This document shows positions 62,811 to 64,000 of a stretch of DNA of 64,000 nucleotides, in pieces (within the stretch, counting starts at the first letter, position 1; each line of letters opens with the position of its first letter). The notes under the pieces are model-generated. The model was not told where the DNA came from, ran no database searches, and saw only the letters and a list, made by a program, of their open reading frames with translations. This DNA is from Podarcis tiliguerta (taxonomy: Eukaryota), in assembly GCA_965153285.1 (NCBI GenBank), contig OZ229129.1; one strand, written 5' to 3'. Position numbers and translations under genes: made by a program.

Positions 62811-64000
62811 AATGGAAACGGAAAAAAATAAATTCTTCATGCTCCTGCTATTTGAAGAATCTAATGATTTGCAGAATCTAATGAAAATTAATAAATTAAA
62901 AACTTTGAAATCCATATATATTTGGCAGACTAGCTCCAATACTTCCAACTGAATGAAAGACAAGAAAAATTGGGTTTCCTGGAAAAATATCAAAATGACT
63001 GGGAAAGGCTGTGGAGGGAAGACATAAGATTCACTGCATATTATAAGGGGGCGGTGAAGGAGGAGGTAAGAGAAGGAAGCGCTGTCCTGTTCTCAGATTG
63101 GGGACAGCCTCCCACCTCCTTCCCAACCTGTGGCAGGACCAGACTCAAATTCCTCACCTCTTGACCCCTTAGCAAACGTCCAAACTACAACCCCAGGGTG
63201 AAGTGTAAACCTCAACCCCACAAGTCATGTGCCCTTAACTGAGTATTACAGTCAGAGGCTGCTATCTAAAGAAGTATCTCCCATTTGTAGGAAGGCCACT
63301 TCAACTTCATCTAGTGCTCAGGCGCTTTCTTCACTGTCTTCCCAGTGCTCCCGGGCAAGCTCTAAGGGCTCACTGACATCCCGGAGGTCCATAGACTATG
63401 CTGCAAACCACTACACTGCCATCCGGTCCAAGCTGAATCACATGCTTTCCATGCTGCCTAGGAGGGGCAATGTGGCAGAAAACTACATAGGCTGCAGCCC
63501 AGTGAGGTGCAACTTAAAGCCTAGGCAGCGGATCAGCACGAGCCTCATAAACCTCAGAGACTTTGCACTGTATTCATCATGACTGCTTCTGAGAAATGGG
63601 ATCGTGAGAGCTGGCACACATAATTGCCATACAGGGGGTGTTGCTAGCTTGGTGGTGGTGGTTTTTTTAACTTGGCCGTGCCATGGAGAAGAATGGTTTG
63701 GAATGCCAACCAATATGCACATTATACCTTGTGGCACAAAGGTAGCCATCACATGGAAACACCTTCACGTTGCTCTTTGTGGCTTACATTTTGTGTGCGT
63801 CACTTGTAAGTGCTCCAGACTTCGCACTTGGTCAATTCTGTACTGCCCTTACAAATGTTGCTTTCTAGAGCTTTTTTGGTCTAAGAAATCATGGGGTGAC
63901 TTGGTTTCATCAAGGGACTATAATATTAGATGTTTAGAACGTGCAAAACGAAAGTGTTTGCAACTGTGATTGTAGTATTCATCTTTTTAAAATATAAACA

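Overview
Vertebrate, very repeat-rich window, most likely from a squamate (lacertid lizard, Podarcis-like, inferred from POM-type Sauria SINEs). No intact multi-exon host gene is visible. Most of the window is a patchwork of short (about 80-700 bp) modules that recur 2-7 times with different neighbours. The modules are pieces of host mRNAs (FAM110B, TALDO1, RTN4, ID3, VIM, SHROOM3, one unidentified coding end) and of transposons (Gmr1-like Gypsy gag and integrase, Copia RT, L1 ORF2, L2, ERV env/PPT). Larger elements sit within this patchwork: an intact Gypsy LTR retrotransposon (43284-48195, 1358-aa ORF, GCCCC TSD) splitting an ID3 retrocopy, a decayed Ngaro tyrosine-recombinase element, two RTE-X-like LINEs, L1s, Tc1, a MITE and SINEs. 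A module-free island (about 19.2-30.9 kb) carries a CpG island and an ORF-intact CDC42SE-like retrocopy with a TSD. Main observation: about 22 distinguishable coding-derived fragments or insertions lie on the + strand against about 4-6 on the - strand. This is the architecture expected of a uni-strand (flamenco-like) piRNA cluster read on the - strand, which is an inference that needs small-RNA data. Gene identities come from recalled protein sequences, and module edges are approximate unless a TSD is quoted.
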